From contig CAZWBG010000001.1 of assembly GCA_964632215.1 (NCBI GenBank), forward strand, positions 431,863 to 495,862: DNA of 64,000 bases. The letters run 5' to 3'. This DNA is from an uncultured Candidatus Saccharibacteria bacterium (lineage in GTDB: Bacteria > Patescibacteriota > Saccharimonadia > Saccharimonadales > UBA7683). This document shows positions 9,526 to 19,607 of the stretch, one piece after another. The position numbers and the translations under genes are program-made. The notes below the pieces were generated by a model. That model had not been told where the DNA came from, made no database searches, and worked only from the letters and a program-made list of their open reading frames with translations. How positions within the stretch are numbered: position 1 is the first letter of the stretch; the number at the start of each line of letters is the position of its first letter.

Positions 9526-11679
9526 TTATGTATTAGCTAGCAGTGTTAAGGGTGCAAAAGAAGCGTTAAGCTTCTTAACACCGCGGCCACTAAAGGCGAT
9601 GGAAAGCATGTCGCCGTCTATTTCCACCACTGTACCGATGCCGAAGAGTTGGTGCTGTACTCGGCTGCCAATTTCTACATCAATATCTGGCTCAGGCACA
9701 ACTTGCGGCTCACTCGACATAACCCGTGGCTGAAAATATGGCTCCATGGTTGTTTGGGTATCAAGTAAGGTACTGTCAATATCGCTCAAGAAACGTGAGG
9801 GTGGATTATGCAGCGTATTACCGTAAAGCATACGAGCGTTAGCATGGTATAAAAAGAGTTCTTCGCGGGCTCGTGTCATACCAACATAACAAAGTCGCCG
9901 TTCTTCTTCCATTTCGGTAGCATCAAACAAAGCACGAGAATGCGGGAAGATTGATTCTTCCATGCCAGCCAGGAAAACCACTGGGAATTCAAGCCCTTTA
10001 GCAGCATGTAGTGTCATCAGCGTTACGGCATCTGAGTTGGCATCAAGACCATCTAAATCTGATATCAGTGCTACTTCTTCTAAGAATCCATCCAGACCAA
10101 CACCGTCATATTCACGAGCGACACTGATGAGCTCTTTAGTGTTTTCTATCTTCTCACCAGCCTGCACAGTGCCGTCGTCTAGCCATTCTTGGTAGCCACT
10201 GCGGCGAATCACGGCTTCTACAAACTGTGAAACTGGCAAGGTGTCTTTTTGGGCACGCAGATCAATTAACAAGTTACTGAGGTCGGTTAAGCCCTTGAAA
10301 GCCTTACCACTGACTTCGGTACAAGCCTGCACCTGGTTTAGGGCATGTTCCAGAGTTAAGTCTTGCTGAGCTTGCCAAGTAAAAAACTTCTCGAGACTGC
10401 GGGCACCAACACCGCGAGTTGGTGTATTAACAATGCGCAGAAAACTGGTGCGATCATTTGGCTGGTAGATCAATCGTATGTAGCCAAGTAGGTCTTTAAT
10501 TTCTTTACGATCGTAAAAACGTACACCGCCAACTACCCGATACGGTACCCCATAACGAAGGAAGGCTTCTTCCAGACTTCGGCTTTGGGCATTCGTACGA
10601 TACAAAATTGCGAAATCATTATACGAACGAACACGTAGATCTACCTGAGATTTAATCTTGGTAATAATACTCTCACCCTCGTGATGCTCGCTCTGCACAC
10701 TCACAATTTGCACAGGAGCACCAGCACCGCTTTCGGTCCAGAGGGCTTTGTCGGAGCGCTGTTCATTTTTGGTAATAACCATATGCGAGGCATCAAGAAT
10801 ATTCTTTGTGCTACGGTAATTTTGCTCTAACTTAATAATTTTGGCGCCCGGGAAATCTCGTTCAAAGTTTAAAATATTACGAAAATCAGCTCCACGCCAT
10901 GAATAAATCGACTGCCAATCGTCTCCCACGACACATAAGTTCTGTGATTCATTCAAAAGTAATTTAATAAGTTTATACTGCGCCGCATTGGTGTCTTGGT
11001 ATTCGTCTACCATGATGTGGCTAAACTGCTGCTGCCACTTTTCACGAATCTCAGTATGGTTAACAAGCATCGCCACTGTTCGACCAATTAGATCATCAAA
11101 ATCCAGCGCTCCAGCCTCACGCAGACTGCGTTCGTAGAGTGGAAATATTTGGGCCGCAACCTTTTGGGCTGGTAGAGTTGCCGTACCCGCATAGGATTCG
11201 GGTGAAATAAGCTCATTTTTAGCACCGCTAATCATATTGCCGATACTACTAGGCTTAAATTGCTTTTCGTCTATAAAAAGGGTCTTGCAGGCTTGTTTTA
11301 TAGCACTTTGGCGATCAGATTCGTCAAAAATCACGAAGTTTTTAGGTATACCAATACTCTCGCCGTCTTGGCGTAAAATCCGCACACAAATACCGTGAAA
11401 GGTACCCATGTAGGGCATGAAGCTACGGTGGATATCTCCACTCGAGCCTTCCTGAGTGAGTTCCCACACCCGCTGACGCATTTCTTTAGCCGCCTTATTG
11501 GTAAACGTCACCGCCAAAACACTGTATGGGCTCACGCCCTGAGCTAAGAGATGCGCAATACGATGCGTAAGCGTCTTGGTTTTACCACTACCAGCTCCAG
11601 CCAGAATAAGTACCGGTCCGGTGGTTTGTTCAACTGCTGCTTGTTGGTTTTTGTTTAAGCCTTCTAATAAGTTCTTCAC
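9526..11679 (-). CDS. pcrA: UvrD/PcrA-type ATP-dependent DNA helicase
   Basis: LILAGAGSGKTKTLTHR (motif I), VDEYQDTN (motif II), TLHAAKGLEF, and CYVGMTRARE. The GTG start has TATACT 6 nt upstream. Confidence 0.9.
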   Translation of the reverse strand: MKNLLEGLNKNQQAAVEQTTGPVLILAGAGSGKTKTLTHRIAHLLAQGVSPYSVLAVTFTNKAAKEMRQRVWELTQEGSSGDIHRSFMPYMGTFHGICVRILRQDGESIGIPKNFVIFDESDRQSAIKQACKTLFIDEKQFKPSSIGNMISGAKNELISPESYAGTATLPAQKVAAQIFPLYERSLREAGALDFDDLIGRTVAMLVNHTEIREKWQQQFSHIMVDEYQDTNAAQYKLIKLLLNESQNLCVVGDDWQSIYSWRGADFRNILNFERDFPGAKIIKLEQNYRSTKNILDASHMVITKNEQRSDKALWTESGAGAPVQIVSVQSEHHEGESIITKIKSQVDLRVRSYNDFAILYRTNAQSRSLEEAFLRYGVPYRVVGGVRFYDRKEIKDLLGYIRLIYQPNDRTSFLRIVNTPTRGVGARSLEKFFTWQAQQDLTLEHALNQVQACTEVSGKAFKGLTDLSNLLIDLRAQKDTLPVSQFVEAVIRRSGYQEWLDDGTVQAGEKIENTKELISVAREYDGVGLDGFLEEVALISDLDGLDANSDAVTLMTLHAAKGLEFPVVFLAGMEESIFPHSRALFDATEMEEERRLCYVGMTRAREELFLYHANARMLYGNTLHNPPSRFLSDIDSTLLDTQTTMEPYFQPRVMSSEPQVVPEPDIDVEIGSRVQHQLFGIGTVVEIDGDMLSIAFSGRGVKKLNASFAPLTLLANT

Positions 11680-11712
11680 TTGTCTAGTATAGCAAAAACC
11701 TTGTGCTCCAGC

Positions 11713-12645
11713 CTAGAAAGAAAGTGCAACTGAGTCGTGTGTTAGCACGAAGTAAATTCCACCAGCCGCAATACCCACGAGCAGCAATAAGACGATCCAT
11801 GTCCAGCGCTTCTTGCGGCCAAGAGTTGACCAGTCATGCAAAGCCGGATGATACTCGTTTGTATCAAAAACTGTTGGCTTTTGTGGAGTGGCCGATACTT
11901 TACGGTCTTCTGGTACTGTATCTTTTGCTAAACTGTTAGCCCACGAGTCAGGAGACTGCTCAGCTTCTTGAGTAGCAGGCGCATCAACCGCAACACTATG
12001 CGCCTGTATCGACTGTTGTTCTTTTTTATCAGGTACTACTGACTCTACGGCATCTTCATCTGACGGTGCAGCAGGCAAAGGCTCTTGTTGGTAATCTTTA
12101 AAACTTAAAGCTGCGTGCGAAGCAGGTATCACCTCTTGAGAATCTTTAGCAGTAGGCTCTTTGCTCGGTACAGCATTAGTTTCTTTTTCTGCAACAGATG
12201 AAACCTCGGTTTCTGGTACATCTACCTCTTCCTCAAGTGCCTTAGCTCGTAGCGTACCTGCGCTATGAGCAGTAATAATAGCTGGTGCACTGGCAGCACG
12301 TGAAGGCTCATCCTTGGTATCAGCAGGGAGGCGTTTATCCGCAGGGGCAGAAAGTAGCTGGATCGGCTCCTGACTCTTATGGGTGGCTGTTGGCGCAGCC
12401 GTTTCTCTCATGAGAGGCTTTAAGCTGCCTGCTTTGTGCCCGGGGTGGATAATATCGAAACTTCTACCCTTAGTAATGTGAGTGGTGGATTTTTTAGCGT
12501 TTTTCTTGGGAAGTACTGGTTTCTTTTTTTGAGAATTTGCACTACCAAGCAAGGCTTCAGTTTGCTGGGCTAACTCACTAACAGCCTGGTCGAGTGTCGT
12601 AAAATCTGTGGGCTTTGGTTTCTTACTTTTTCTCGTCAATTTCAT
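11713..12645 (-). CDS. Low-complexity protein with C-terminal membrane anchor
   Basis: 310-aa ORF, basic and Pro/Ala/Glu-rich, with a single C-terminal hydrophobic helix (WIVLLLLVGIAAGGIYFVL). It lies 10 nt downstream of tpiA. Confidence 0.5.
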   Translation of the reverse strand: MKLTRKSKKPKPTDFTTLDQAVSELAQQTEALLGSANSQKKKPVLPKKNAKKSTTHITKGRSFDIIHPGHKAGSLKPLMRETAAPTATHKSQEPIQLLSAPADKRLPADTKDEPSRAASAPAIITAHSAGTLRAKALEEEVDVPETEVSSVAEKETNAVPSKEPTAKDSQEVIPASHAALSFKDYQQEPLPAAPSDEDAVESVVPDKKEQQSIQAHSVAVDAPATQEAEQSPDSWANSLAKDTVPEDRKVSATPQKPTVFDTNEYHPALHDWSTLGRKKRWTWIVLLLLVGIAAGGIYFVLTHDSVALSF

Positions 12646-12655
12646 GCTGTTCTTT

Positions 12656-13444
12656 CTATGCCTTTACCTTGATCTTTTTTGGCACAATCTGCCCCGCCTT
12701 CTGGGCTATATCCCAAAAAGCAGTTGCGTTCAATGATGCCCCGCCAATAAGTAGGCCGTCAACATCAGCAACGCTCAAGTAGGCCATGGCATTTTCTTTT
12801 GAAACACTGCCACCATACAAAATACGTACCGCTTGGGCGGTCTTTAGTCCGTATAGGCTGGCAATATTGCTACGAATATTCTTAACGGCTGGTTCAACTT
12901 GTTCGGGTTTAGCAAACTCACCAGTACCAATAGCCCACACGGGTTCGTAGGCTATTACCGTCTTCGCAACTTCTTCCGAGGTTAAATTTGTTAGACCCAA
13001 AGTTAACTGGTCATTTAATATTTGGTTTGTGTAGCCACTACGATGCTCGAGGAGAGTTTCGCCTATACAAAGAATTGGGGTGATACCACTACGAGTTGCT
13101 GAGGACACCTTTTGGGCAATGTCTTTGTTATTTTCATGAAAAATTGTCCGCCGTTCGCTGTGGCCGATAATGACATATTTGGCGACGCCTCGAAGCATTG
13201 GCATACTAATCTCACCCGTAAAAGCGCCCTCATCTTGAAAATAGGCATTCTGGGCAGCCACCTTAATACCAGTTCTATCTAACTTTTGAGCGACCTCACT
13301 CAGGGCTAATGTTGGAGGTGCCACAACAATCGTTATTCCCTCGGGTATCGTCTTCTGGGCAAGCTTACTTGCAAAGCTCACCGCTTGCCGTATGGTGAAA
13401 TTCATCTTCCAATTGCCGATAATTACTTTAGTTCGCCCACTCAT
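12656..13444 (-). CDS. tpiA: Triosephosphate isomerase
   Basis: IIGNWKMN, IIGHSERR, YEPVWAIGTG, and GGASL. Confidence 0.92.
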   Translation of the reverse strand: MSGRTKVIIGNWKMNFTIRQAVSFASKLAQKTIPEGITIVVAPPTLALSEVAQKLDRTGIKVAAQNAYFQDEGAFTGEISMPMLRGVAKYVIIGHSERRTIFHENNKDIAQKVSSATRSGITPILCIGETLLEHRSGYTNQILNDQLTLGLTNLTSEEVAKTVIAYEPVWAIGTGEFAKPEQVEPAVKNIRSNIASLYGLKTAQAVRILYGGSVSKENAMAYLSVADVDGLLIGGASLNATAFWDIAQKAGQIVPKKIKVKA

Positions 13445-13520
13445 AATTGTATCTATAGATTATATACTACTTGTGCTTATTCTAGCATATCGGTATGTTG
13501 AACAGGTTTATTTTGCAGAA

Positions 13521-13540
13521 ATAAAAAAGGCCCGAAGGCC
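13521..13540 (-). terminator. Rho-independent terminator of the G+C-rich inserted gene
   Basis: The minus strand reads GGCCTTCGGGCC followed by TTTTTTATTT. Confidence 0.6.
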
Positions 13541-13649
13541 ATGGAGCACCAAAGTGTGCATCAACATGTACTTCGGGCCCGAGTGTCTCGGAGATCCAAG
13601 GACAAAAGTCCAAGAAACCCCGAGACACAAGGAACCAAACTCCGAAGAA

Positions 13650-14465
13650 CTACAACTCCCGGACAGACGGAGCCGCCCAGTCGACATTCAGGAAGTCCGC
13701 CCAATGGGCGTGCAGCTCCACCTGACGGCCACCGGCCCACCGGTGGAGGCAAGGGCAGTGCGTCCACGCTTCGTCGGCGCCGTCCCAGTTGAACTGGTAA
13801 CCAGCAAGGTCGAAGTGTGGAATCTTCTGCCCATCCATGTCGGCAACCAGGTCTGGGAACATGACTGCAGCCCACAGGGCTTCAGATGCGGCCAAGGTGG
13901 CAGCGATGTCCTCATGCTGCCACAGATCCTTGACCCGCCGACCGTTCTGGGGTTCCCAGTTGGCAAATGGGTCGAACCCGACCCAGCGCAGCCCTGGCTT
14001 GGGCTGCTTGCCCGGTACCAACCGCAGATGCTTGGCGTCCGACCTAAGGTCGGGCCAGCGCCAGTTCGGCTGGTGATCAGCTGGAGTCTGAATTAGGCTC
14101 CACGCTTCGTCAAAGGTGCGCTGGACGCTCCCGAGCTTGCCCTTCTTGGGCAGCTCGGCAACCAGTAGCAACACCTCAGTCGACGTCGCCGGAGCGAAGT
14201 CGTCCGGGACGACCGGAATGTCCGCTGTGGTGAAGCCCCATCCGGGGTGGGAATGGATCAGGTCGGCCATTCTGGCTACCTGATCGGTTGGGGTGATGTA
14301 CCACCCAGTAGGATGGCTAGACACCACAGGTGGAGCGAACTTCCCCGTGATGATGTCCTGAAGTGCCCGTCGGACACTCTCAGGCTCAAGCGTGCCACCA
14401 TTGACCCGCTTGAGAATCTCGTTGTGCTGACCTGACAAACGGACCAACTCATCTGCAAGAGTCAT
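13650..14465 (-). CDS. Hypothetical protein, strongly G+C-rich, inserted between pgk and tpiA
   Basis: The ATG at 14465 (MTLADEL) is preceded by AAGGA. It belongs to ORF 13650..14579. About ten overlapping spurious ORFs on both strands mark the composition shift. No motif recognised. Confidence 0.55.
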   Translation of the reverse strand: MTLADELVRLSGQHNEILKRVNGGTLEPESVRRALQDIITGKFAPPVVSSHPTGWYITPTDQVARMADLIHSHPGWGFTTADIPVVPDDFAPATSTEVLLLVAELPKKGKLGSVQRTFDEAWSLIQTPADHQPNWRWPDLRSDAKHLRLVPGKQPKPGLRWVGFDPFANWEPQNGRRVKDLWQHEDIAATLAASEALWAAVMFPDLVADMDGQKIPHFDLAGYQFNWDGADEAWTHCPCLHRWAGGRQVELHAHWADFLNVDWAAPSVREL

Positions 14466-14687
14466 TGTTTTTTCCTTTTGCCGTGAAACGCACTGACCCG
14501 CATTGTTACGGAGCAATGATCTCAACTTACATTGAGAACGGCACACTATACCAAAATTGGTACAGAATGCCATTCTCAACAGAGGAGAATTGTAGTTTTC
14601 GAAAGTTATTAAGGTACCTTTTAATCTATACTATAGCTCATACGAAATTAGCATGAGTCTATCTTCTGATTATATCATAATATGTAG

Positions 14688-15905
14688 CTATTTGTCAAGT
14701 AGCGCTTCTATTCCCGGGAGGTTTTTACCACTCATAAGTTCTAGGCTGGCGCCACCACCGGTAGATATGTGACTAAAATGGGTATCTGGATGCTTAATTT
14801 GCCAATTGAGTACAAAATCAGCGGTATCACCACCACCAATAATACTCACGAGGCTGCCGTGTTGGTCACTCAGACTCTGGGCCAAGACTGCTGAGCACTG
14901 AGCAAACTGGGGTAACTCAGCATAACCAAGGGTACCGTTCCAGATGACAGTTGCGGCATCTTTGAGGTATCCGTTAAATAACCGCATGGTCTCAAAACCA
15001 AGATCAAGAATATAATCGTCTTTTTGTACCTCTCCGAGGCTACAATCACGTCGCTTGGCTTCTGGCTCTATTTCGGTTGCTACAGCCACATCTACAGGTA
15101 ACACAATTTGACCCTTCGCAGCTTTTTGGAAAATCTTTTTAATATGCGGTTCTTGACCCTCTTCGTAAATGCTTCTACCGATGTCGTGACCCTGATACTT
15201 CAAGAAAGTGTTTGCCATAGCGCCACCAATTAGAATAGTGTCAGCAACACTCAAGAATTTCTCAATCAGTTCAATTTTGTCTGATATTTTAGCGCCACCG
15301 ATAATTGCTACCAAGGGGTGGTGCGGATGCGTAATGGCTGTTTCTAGCGAGATAACTTCATTTTCAAGCAATAGACCAGCTACGGCGGGTACTAAATGGT
15401 CAATGGCTTCGGTACTGGCATGTGCTCGGTGAACAACCCCAAAGCCATCTTGTACAATGTAGTCTGGCCTGATCGCTTGCTGTAGTGCTTGAGCAAATTC
15501 GAGATCATTCGCCTCTTCACCGGCATGAAAACGAAGGTTTTCAAGCAACGTTACTCGGCCAGGGATAAAACGCTTAAGAGCCTGGTGAACACCGTCACCA
15601 ATACAATCTTCAAGAAAAGTTACTTTCCTGCCTAAGAGATCTTCGAGCACCGATGCAATCGGAGCTAGGCTATCACTGGCTACTTGCTTACCACCTGGCC
15701 GCCCAAGGTGAGTCATAATTACAACCTCGCAGCCACGCTCGAGAAGATATGTAATTGTCGGGATTGTCTGAACAATACGGTAATCACTGGTAATATTGCC
15801 TTTTTCATCCATCGGTACGTTAAAATCAGCGCGCAGTAAAATACGTTTACCGTGCACGTCGATATCCCGAATGGTCTTCTTCGGAAACTGATAACGTACT
15901 GCCAT
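14688..15905 (-). CDS. pgk: Phosphoglycerate kinase
   Basis: RADFNVP, THLGRPGG, GGAKISDKI, and STGGGASLE. Confidence 0.92.
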   Translation of the reverse strand: MAVRYQFPKKTIRDIDVHGKRILLRADFNVPMDEKGNITSDYRIVQTIPTITYLLERGCEVVIMTHLGRPGGKQVASDSLAPIASVLEDLLGRKVTFLEDCIGDGVHQALKRFIPGRVTLLENLRFHAGEEANDLEFAQALQQAIRPDYIVQDGFGVVHRAHASTEAIDHLVPAVAGLLLENEVISLETAITHPHHPLVAIIGGAKISDKIELIEKFLSVADTILIGGAMANTFLKYQGHDIGRSIYEEGQEPHIKKIFQKAAKGQIVLPVDVAVATEIEPEAKRRDCSLGEVQKDDYILDLGFETMRLFNGYLKDAATVIWNGTLGYAELPQFAQCSAVLAQSLSDQHGSLVSIIGGGDTADFVLNWQIKHPDTHFSHISTGGGASLELMSGKNLPGIEALLDK

Positions 15906-15911
15906 AGACGA

Positions 15912-17345
15912 TTACTCCAGTATGCGAACTTTAATAGTATCGGTGCCGCCGCCAAGACCTGGATACTTACCAGAGGCGGTAACAATTTTATCGCCTGTCT
16001 GAAAGATATGTTGCAAGCGTAACCAATCGGTTAGTTTAGTAGCTGCAAATTTATCAACTGGGCGGATGAAAGTCTGGGCACCATAGAGCAAGGCAAGTTG
16101 CTGAGCTATGCGCGTCTCGGAAGTTACTACAATTAGGGGTAAATTCGGGCGCCACGAACTCATAGAAATAGCCGTTGAACCAGTTTGCGTCTCAGCGACT
16201 AAAGCCGTAGCGTTCACCTTGCCAGCTAAATCAATAATAGTTGCTGCGATAGCCTCAGTCACGCTATATTCATGATGGGTTGTAAACTGAGCGCGAACCG
16301 TGCTGTTCTCCTGTGTGTAGAGAATGATACGCTTCATAATATCGATGGCTTCAATTGGATACCGTCCATTAGCTGTTTCATCTGAGAGCATCACAGCGTC
16401 GGCACCAACAATAACAGCCGTTGCCACGTCTGAAACCTCAGCTCGAGTTGGTTCTGGCTGCTCCATCATACTAACCAACATTTGGGTGGCAACAATGCTG
16501 AGCTTTTCATACTGTAAACAGAGGCCAATAATTTTACGCTGTAAAACTGGCACACTCTCTGGTAAGGTCTCAACTGCAAGATCACCACGAGCCACCATAA
16601 CGGCATCACTCTCACGCACAATTTCTTCAATGTTGTCTATGGCTGATTTAGTCTCAACTTTGGTAATAACGCGGGCGTCCGACTTAAGATTTTTTAGAAG
16701 TTTGCGTAGTGCCCGAATATCATCAGCAGTCTGCACAAAACTAAGTGCTACGAAATCGATATCTTGGTCAGAACCAAAAACAATATCTTCACGATCTTTC
16801 TTGGTAATAATATCACCGCCGAAGTCAGTATCTGGCAAATTGATACCTTTGCGCTTGGTCATGATACCTTCGTTTTCTATACGCACATGTACTATACCCT
16901 CACGCACACTGGTTACGGTGCTACGGATTTTACCATCATAAATAAAGAGTCTGTCCCCACGTTTTACCTTTTTAGAAAGATCATATTGCACCGGCACCGG
17001 ACCACCAGGTTCGTACTGAATCCTGTAGCCAAGACGTAGTTCATCACCCGCCTGGACACTAATGACACCGTCGAAATCCCCGAGCCGAATTTTTGGCCCT
17101 TGCAGATCTTGCACGATCGCAACGTGTTCGTCTAGCTCTTTACTTGCTTTTCGAATCCACTTAATTTGCTCGAGGCGTTCTTCGTGAGAGCCATGGCTGA
17201 AATTTAGGCGAAAACCGTTTACCCCAGCTTTAACCATAGCGAAAATAGACTCGTAGCTATTAGTAGCAGGGCCAACAGTAGCGAGGATCTTTGTCCGTTT
17301 AATTACGTCCAAAGAAGTGATAGGAGCACGTTCTTTTTTGTTCAT
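15912..17345 (-). CDS. pyk: Pyruvate kinase
   Basis: TKILATVGPA, FRLNFSHG, MVARGDL, and ATQML.SM. It ends 6 nt upstream of pgk. Confidence 0.92.
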   Translation of the reverse strand: MNKKERAPITSLDVIKRTKILATVGPATNSYESIFAMVKAGVNGFRLNFSHGSHEERLEQIKWIRKASKELDEHVAIVQDLQGPKIRLGDFDGVISVQAGDELRLGYRIQYEPGGPVPVQYDLSKKVKRGDRLFIYDGKIRSTVTSVREGIVHVRIENEGIMTKRKGINLPDTDFGGDIITKKDREDIVFGSDQDIDFVALSFVQTADDIRALRKLLKNLKSDARVITKVETKSAIDNIEEIVRESDAVMVARGDLAVETLPESVPVLQRKIIGLCLQYEKLSIVATQMLVSMMEQPEPTRAEVSDVATAVIVGADAVMLSDETANGRYPIEAIDIMKRIILYTQENSTVRAQFTTHHEYSVTEAIAATIIDLAGKVNATALVAETQTGSTAISMSSWRPNLPLIVVTSETRIAQQLALLYGAQTFIRPVDKFAATKLTDWLRLQHIFQTGDKIVTASGKYPGLGGGTDTIKVRILE

Positions 17346-17427
17346 CTTACCTACTAGTGTAGCAAAGCATAAGGAATATATGAAAGGTAAATTTTATAAT
17401 AAGTTCAAATAATACATTGGTGAGGGT

Positions 17428-17468
17428 GCTGGGAGAATGCGCGCATAGTATCTGCGCATTCTCCCAGC
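17428..17468 (-). terminator. 15-bp perfect hairpin after purC
   Basis: GCTGGGAGAATGCGC-gcatagtatct-GCGCATTCTCCCAGC, located 50 nt past the purC stop. Confidence 0.6.
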
Positions 17469-17517
17469 AGGAACCCTAGAGTTTCACCTCCTCTATTTTT
17501 TGGGGTTCTTGAACCGT

Positions 17518-18327
17518 TCAGACGAAACCGTCGGTGAGTGCAGCCACCTCGTCAAACCGCTTCTTGATTTCTGGCAACCCAGCAGTGCCGTCGCGGTAAG
17601 CCTGCTTGGACATATCCACTTCGCCAAAACGCAGTCGGCCAGAGTCGCTGTCGATGACATCAGCCACCAACAGCTCACCAGTCTCCCGATCGATACCGCA
17701 CTCGATCTTGAAATCGATGTAGACACCACCGACTTTGGCCCAAGCCTTCTCGATGATCTTGAAGGTCCGAAGCGTGAGGGTATGCAGCTGCTCGTACAGA
17801 TCAGCGGTGATATCGGCATACCTCAAATCCAGCGGCTCTTCCCTGAAGAGGTCACCCGCTTTCGCGATGCCACTATATTCCTTAGCTGCCTTGCTGTTGG
17901 GTACATACTCCCGCAGCCTGTTGTTCTCGAAGTCAAATTCCAGTAGCGGATCGTGCATGATGTCGTCCTTCTCGAAGACCTCAAACACGAGATCTTCGAA
18001 CAACATACCATCGGGCAAGTCCGGGAATCGATCCCGATAGCTGCCTGTGGCGTAGCGCCGAGCGATAAGCTCGAGTGGAATCATCTGCACGTTGCGTGCT
18101 CGGAAGGTGGTGTCGTCGACACGCTCCACGAAGTGTGTGCGTACCCCATGCTGCTCGAGCAACTCGAAGATATTGCAGGTAGTCCGCGTAGACGCGGCCG
18201 CCTTACCTTCGAGTACGTCATGCTTGGCCCCATCACCAGCGGTGATGTCGTCTTTGCTGACCACCAACACGGTACCGTCACCGGCATCACGGATGATCTT
18301 TGTCTTACCTTCGATGATAACTGACAT
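17518..18327 (-). CDS. purC: SAICAR synthetase (PurC)
   Basis: N-terminal EGKTK.I, LIARRYATGS, and IDFK.E.G with VADVI..DS.R. It is G+C-rich. Confidence 0.8.
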   Translation of the reverse strand: MSVIIEGKTKIIRDAGDGTVLVVSKDDITAGDGAKHDVLEGKAAASTRTTCNIFELLEQHGVRTHFVERVDDTTFRARNVQMIPLELIARRYATGSYRDRFPDLPDGMLFEDLVFEVFEKDDIMHDPLLEFDFENNRLREYVPNSKAAKEYSGIAKAGDLFREEPLDLRYADITADLYEQLHTLTLRTFKIIEKAWAKVGGVYIDFKIECGIDRETGELLVADVIDSDSGRLRFGEVDMSKQAYRDGTAGLPEIKKRFDEVAALTDGFV

Positions 18328-18328
18328 G

Positions 18329-18811
18329 TCAGTCCTCCACTGGTGGAAGTTGGGGTTGTTTGTTGTTCTCTCTTAGGTATTGCTGGAGACTCTGCGAGAG
18401 CTGCCTGTTGTTGACACTCAAGGCAGTAGCCAGAGCGAGTGCTGCTTGCTTCAGGCCACGTTCGCCATTAGCAAAACACGGAACCGGAACCCCGGGTGCA
18501 GTCTGCATGATGGAATCCGCACCAAAATTGTCCAAGGGAACCCCGAAAACAGGCTTGGGGATGGAATTTCCAGTATTCAGGTGACCAGCGATGGCCCCGG
18601 GAAGTGCAGCGGCCAAACCGGCAGTACCGATAAAACCGTCAAAGTCATCGGCGTGGTCATCCAGCCACTGGCTGAGTTCACGGCCGTTACGATGAGCTGA
18701 CACGAAGCCAACATACACCGTGATACCGACTGCCTCAAGTAGGGCTTGTACCCCACTTCCGTCGATGAACTTTTGATCACTCGGGCTACCAGCAAGAATT
18801 GCAACACGCAT
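18329..18811 (-). CDS. purE: PurE-family (N5-)carboxyaminoimidazole ribonucleotide mutase
   Basis: The start at MRVAILAGSPSD is internal to ORF 18329..18877. Motifs include SAHRNGRE and GTAGLAAALPG..AG followed by PV.GVP. Its stop is 1 nt from the purC start. It is G+C-rich. Confidence 0.75.
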   Translation of the reverse strand: MRVAILAGSPSDQKFIDGSGVQALLEAVGITVYVGFVSAHRNGRELSQWLDDHADDFDGFIGTAGLAAALPGAIAGHLNTGNSIPKPVFGVPLDNFGADSIMQTAPGVPVPCFANGERGLKQAALALATALSVNNRQLSQSLQQYLRENNKQPQLPPVED

Positions 18812-18971
18812 GTGTCCACTCTCTCTCAGTTTCGTCGAATAATAGGTGAAAAGGTTCGGCAGCAAATCAACCACCAAGCCTAAGCCCTGGATTGATAACT
18901 ACTGGCTAAATCTTGACATAACGAGTTATTTATTACAAGCACAAGCAATAAGAACTTGCCCAAAAAGTACT

Positions 18972-19403
18972 TTAAGACACTGCATTTGAAGAATCACGAA
19001 TGTCATGTTCGGATGTAAAGCGTAAATAGTAGCCAGCAGGGTCAACAATCCTGAAATCCCATAGTCCCCAAGGTTGCTCAATGAGTGGCTCAACAATCTC
19101 TGCCACTCCCTTTACGCTGTCATAGTAGCCACCTATATCTTCAACCACAACAACAATCTCTACACCATAACCACGTGGTGTATCTGATGGGAAACGACTA
19201 AAATATGTCTGGTCATACACATACTGGTTCCCACCCCAAAAACATAAAGTATTTCCTTCAAGTTCTATAACTAAATAACCTTTGGTCTTTTCTGGCTTAC
19301 GTTCCCAGAGTACTTTAAATCCAAGATTAAGATAGTACTCTTTAATAGGTTCAAAGTTATCTACGTGCAGTTCAAGTTGGAGCTTATTCGAAGATTTATC
19401 CAT
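18972..19403 (-). CDS. VOC / glyoxalase-bleomycin-resistance fold protein
   Basis: Size and paired beta-alpha-beta-beta-beta style blocks (HVDNFEPIKEYY..LGF; VVVEDIGGYY; FRIVDPAGYYLRF). TATTAT lies 6 nt upstream of the ATG. Confidence 0.6.
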   Translation of the reverse strand: MDKSSNKLQLELHVDNFEPIKEYYLNLGFKVLWERKPEKTKGYLVIELEGNTLCFWGGNQYVYDQTYFSRFPSDTPRGYGVEIVVVVEDIGGYYDSVKGVAEIVEPLIEQPWGLWDFRIVDPAGYYLRFTSEHDIRDSSNAVS

Positions 19404-19607
19404 ACTATCATAATAGCAAAAAGCCTCTATGTAGAGACTTTTATGTATAACGAAAATGTGACCCCCTCCCCACCCGATTTTTAACTCTATAGTGGCGGAG
19501 ATAGTTCGTTGGAACGATACAATTCGTAATGTAGGTGTTCAGCTATCCCCTATGGAGACAATATGATGTGTACTCGTCATATTCCTTAATAGAGTAGAAC
19601 CTTCATA

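Noticed and set aside
13392-14579. Multiple overlapping ORFs (13392..14096 plus, 13541..13792 plus, 13561..13875 minus, 13688..13966 minus, and others) lie around the pgk/tpiA insert.
   Set aside because: This is the same high-G+C artefact. Only the frame with an RBS-preceded ATG (14465) and a terminator directly downstream is retained.
16324-17039. Plus-strand ORFs of 205 aa and 91 aa run antisense to pyk.
   Set aside because: They are antisense to a highly conserved gene. Their Ser/Ile-rich low-complexity translation is typical of the reverse frame.
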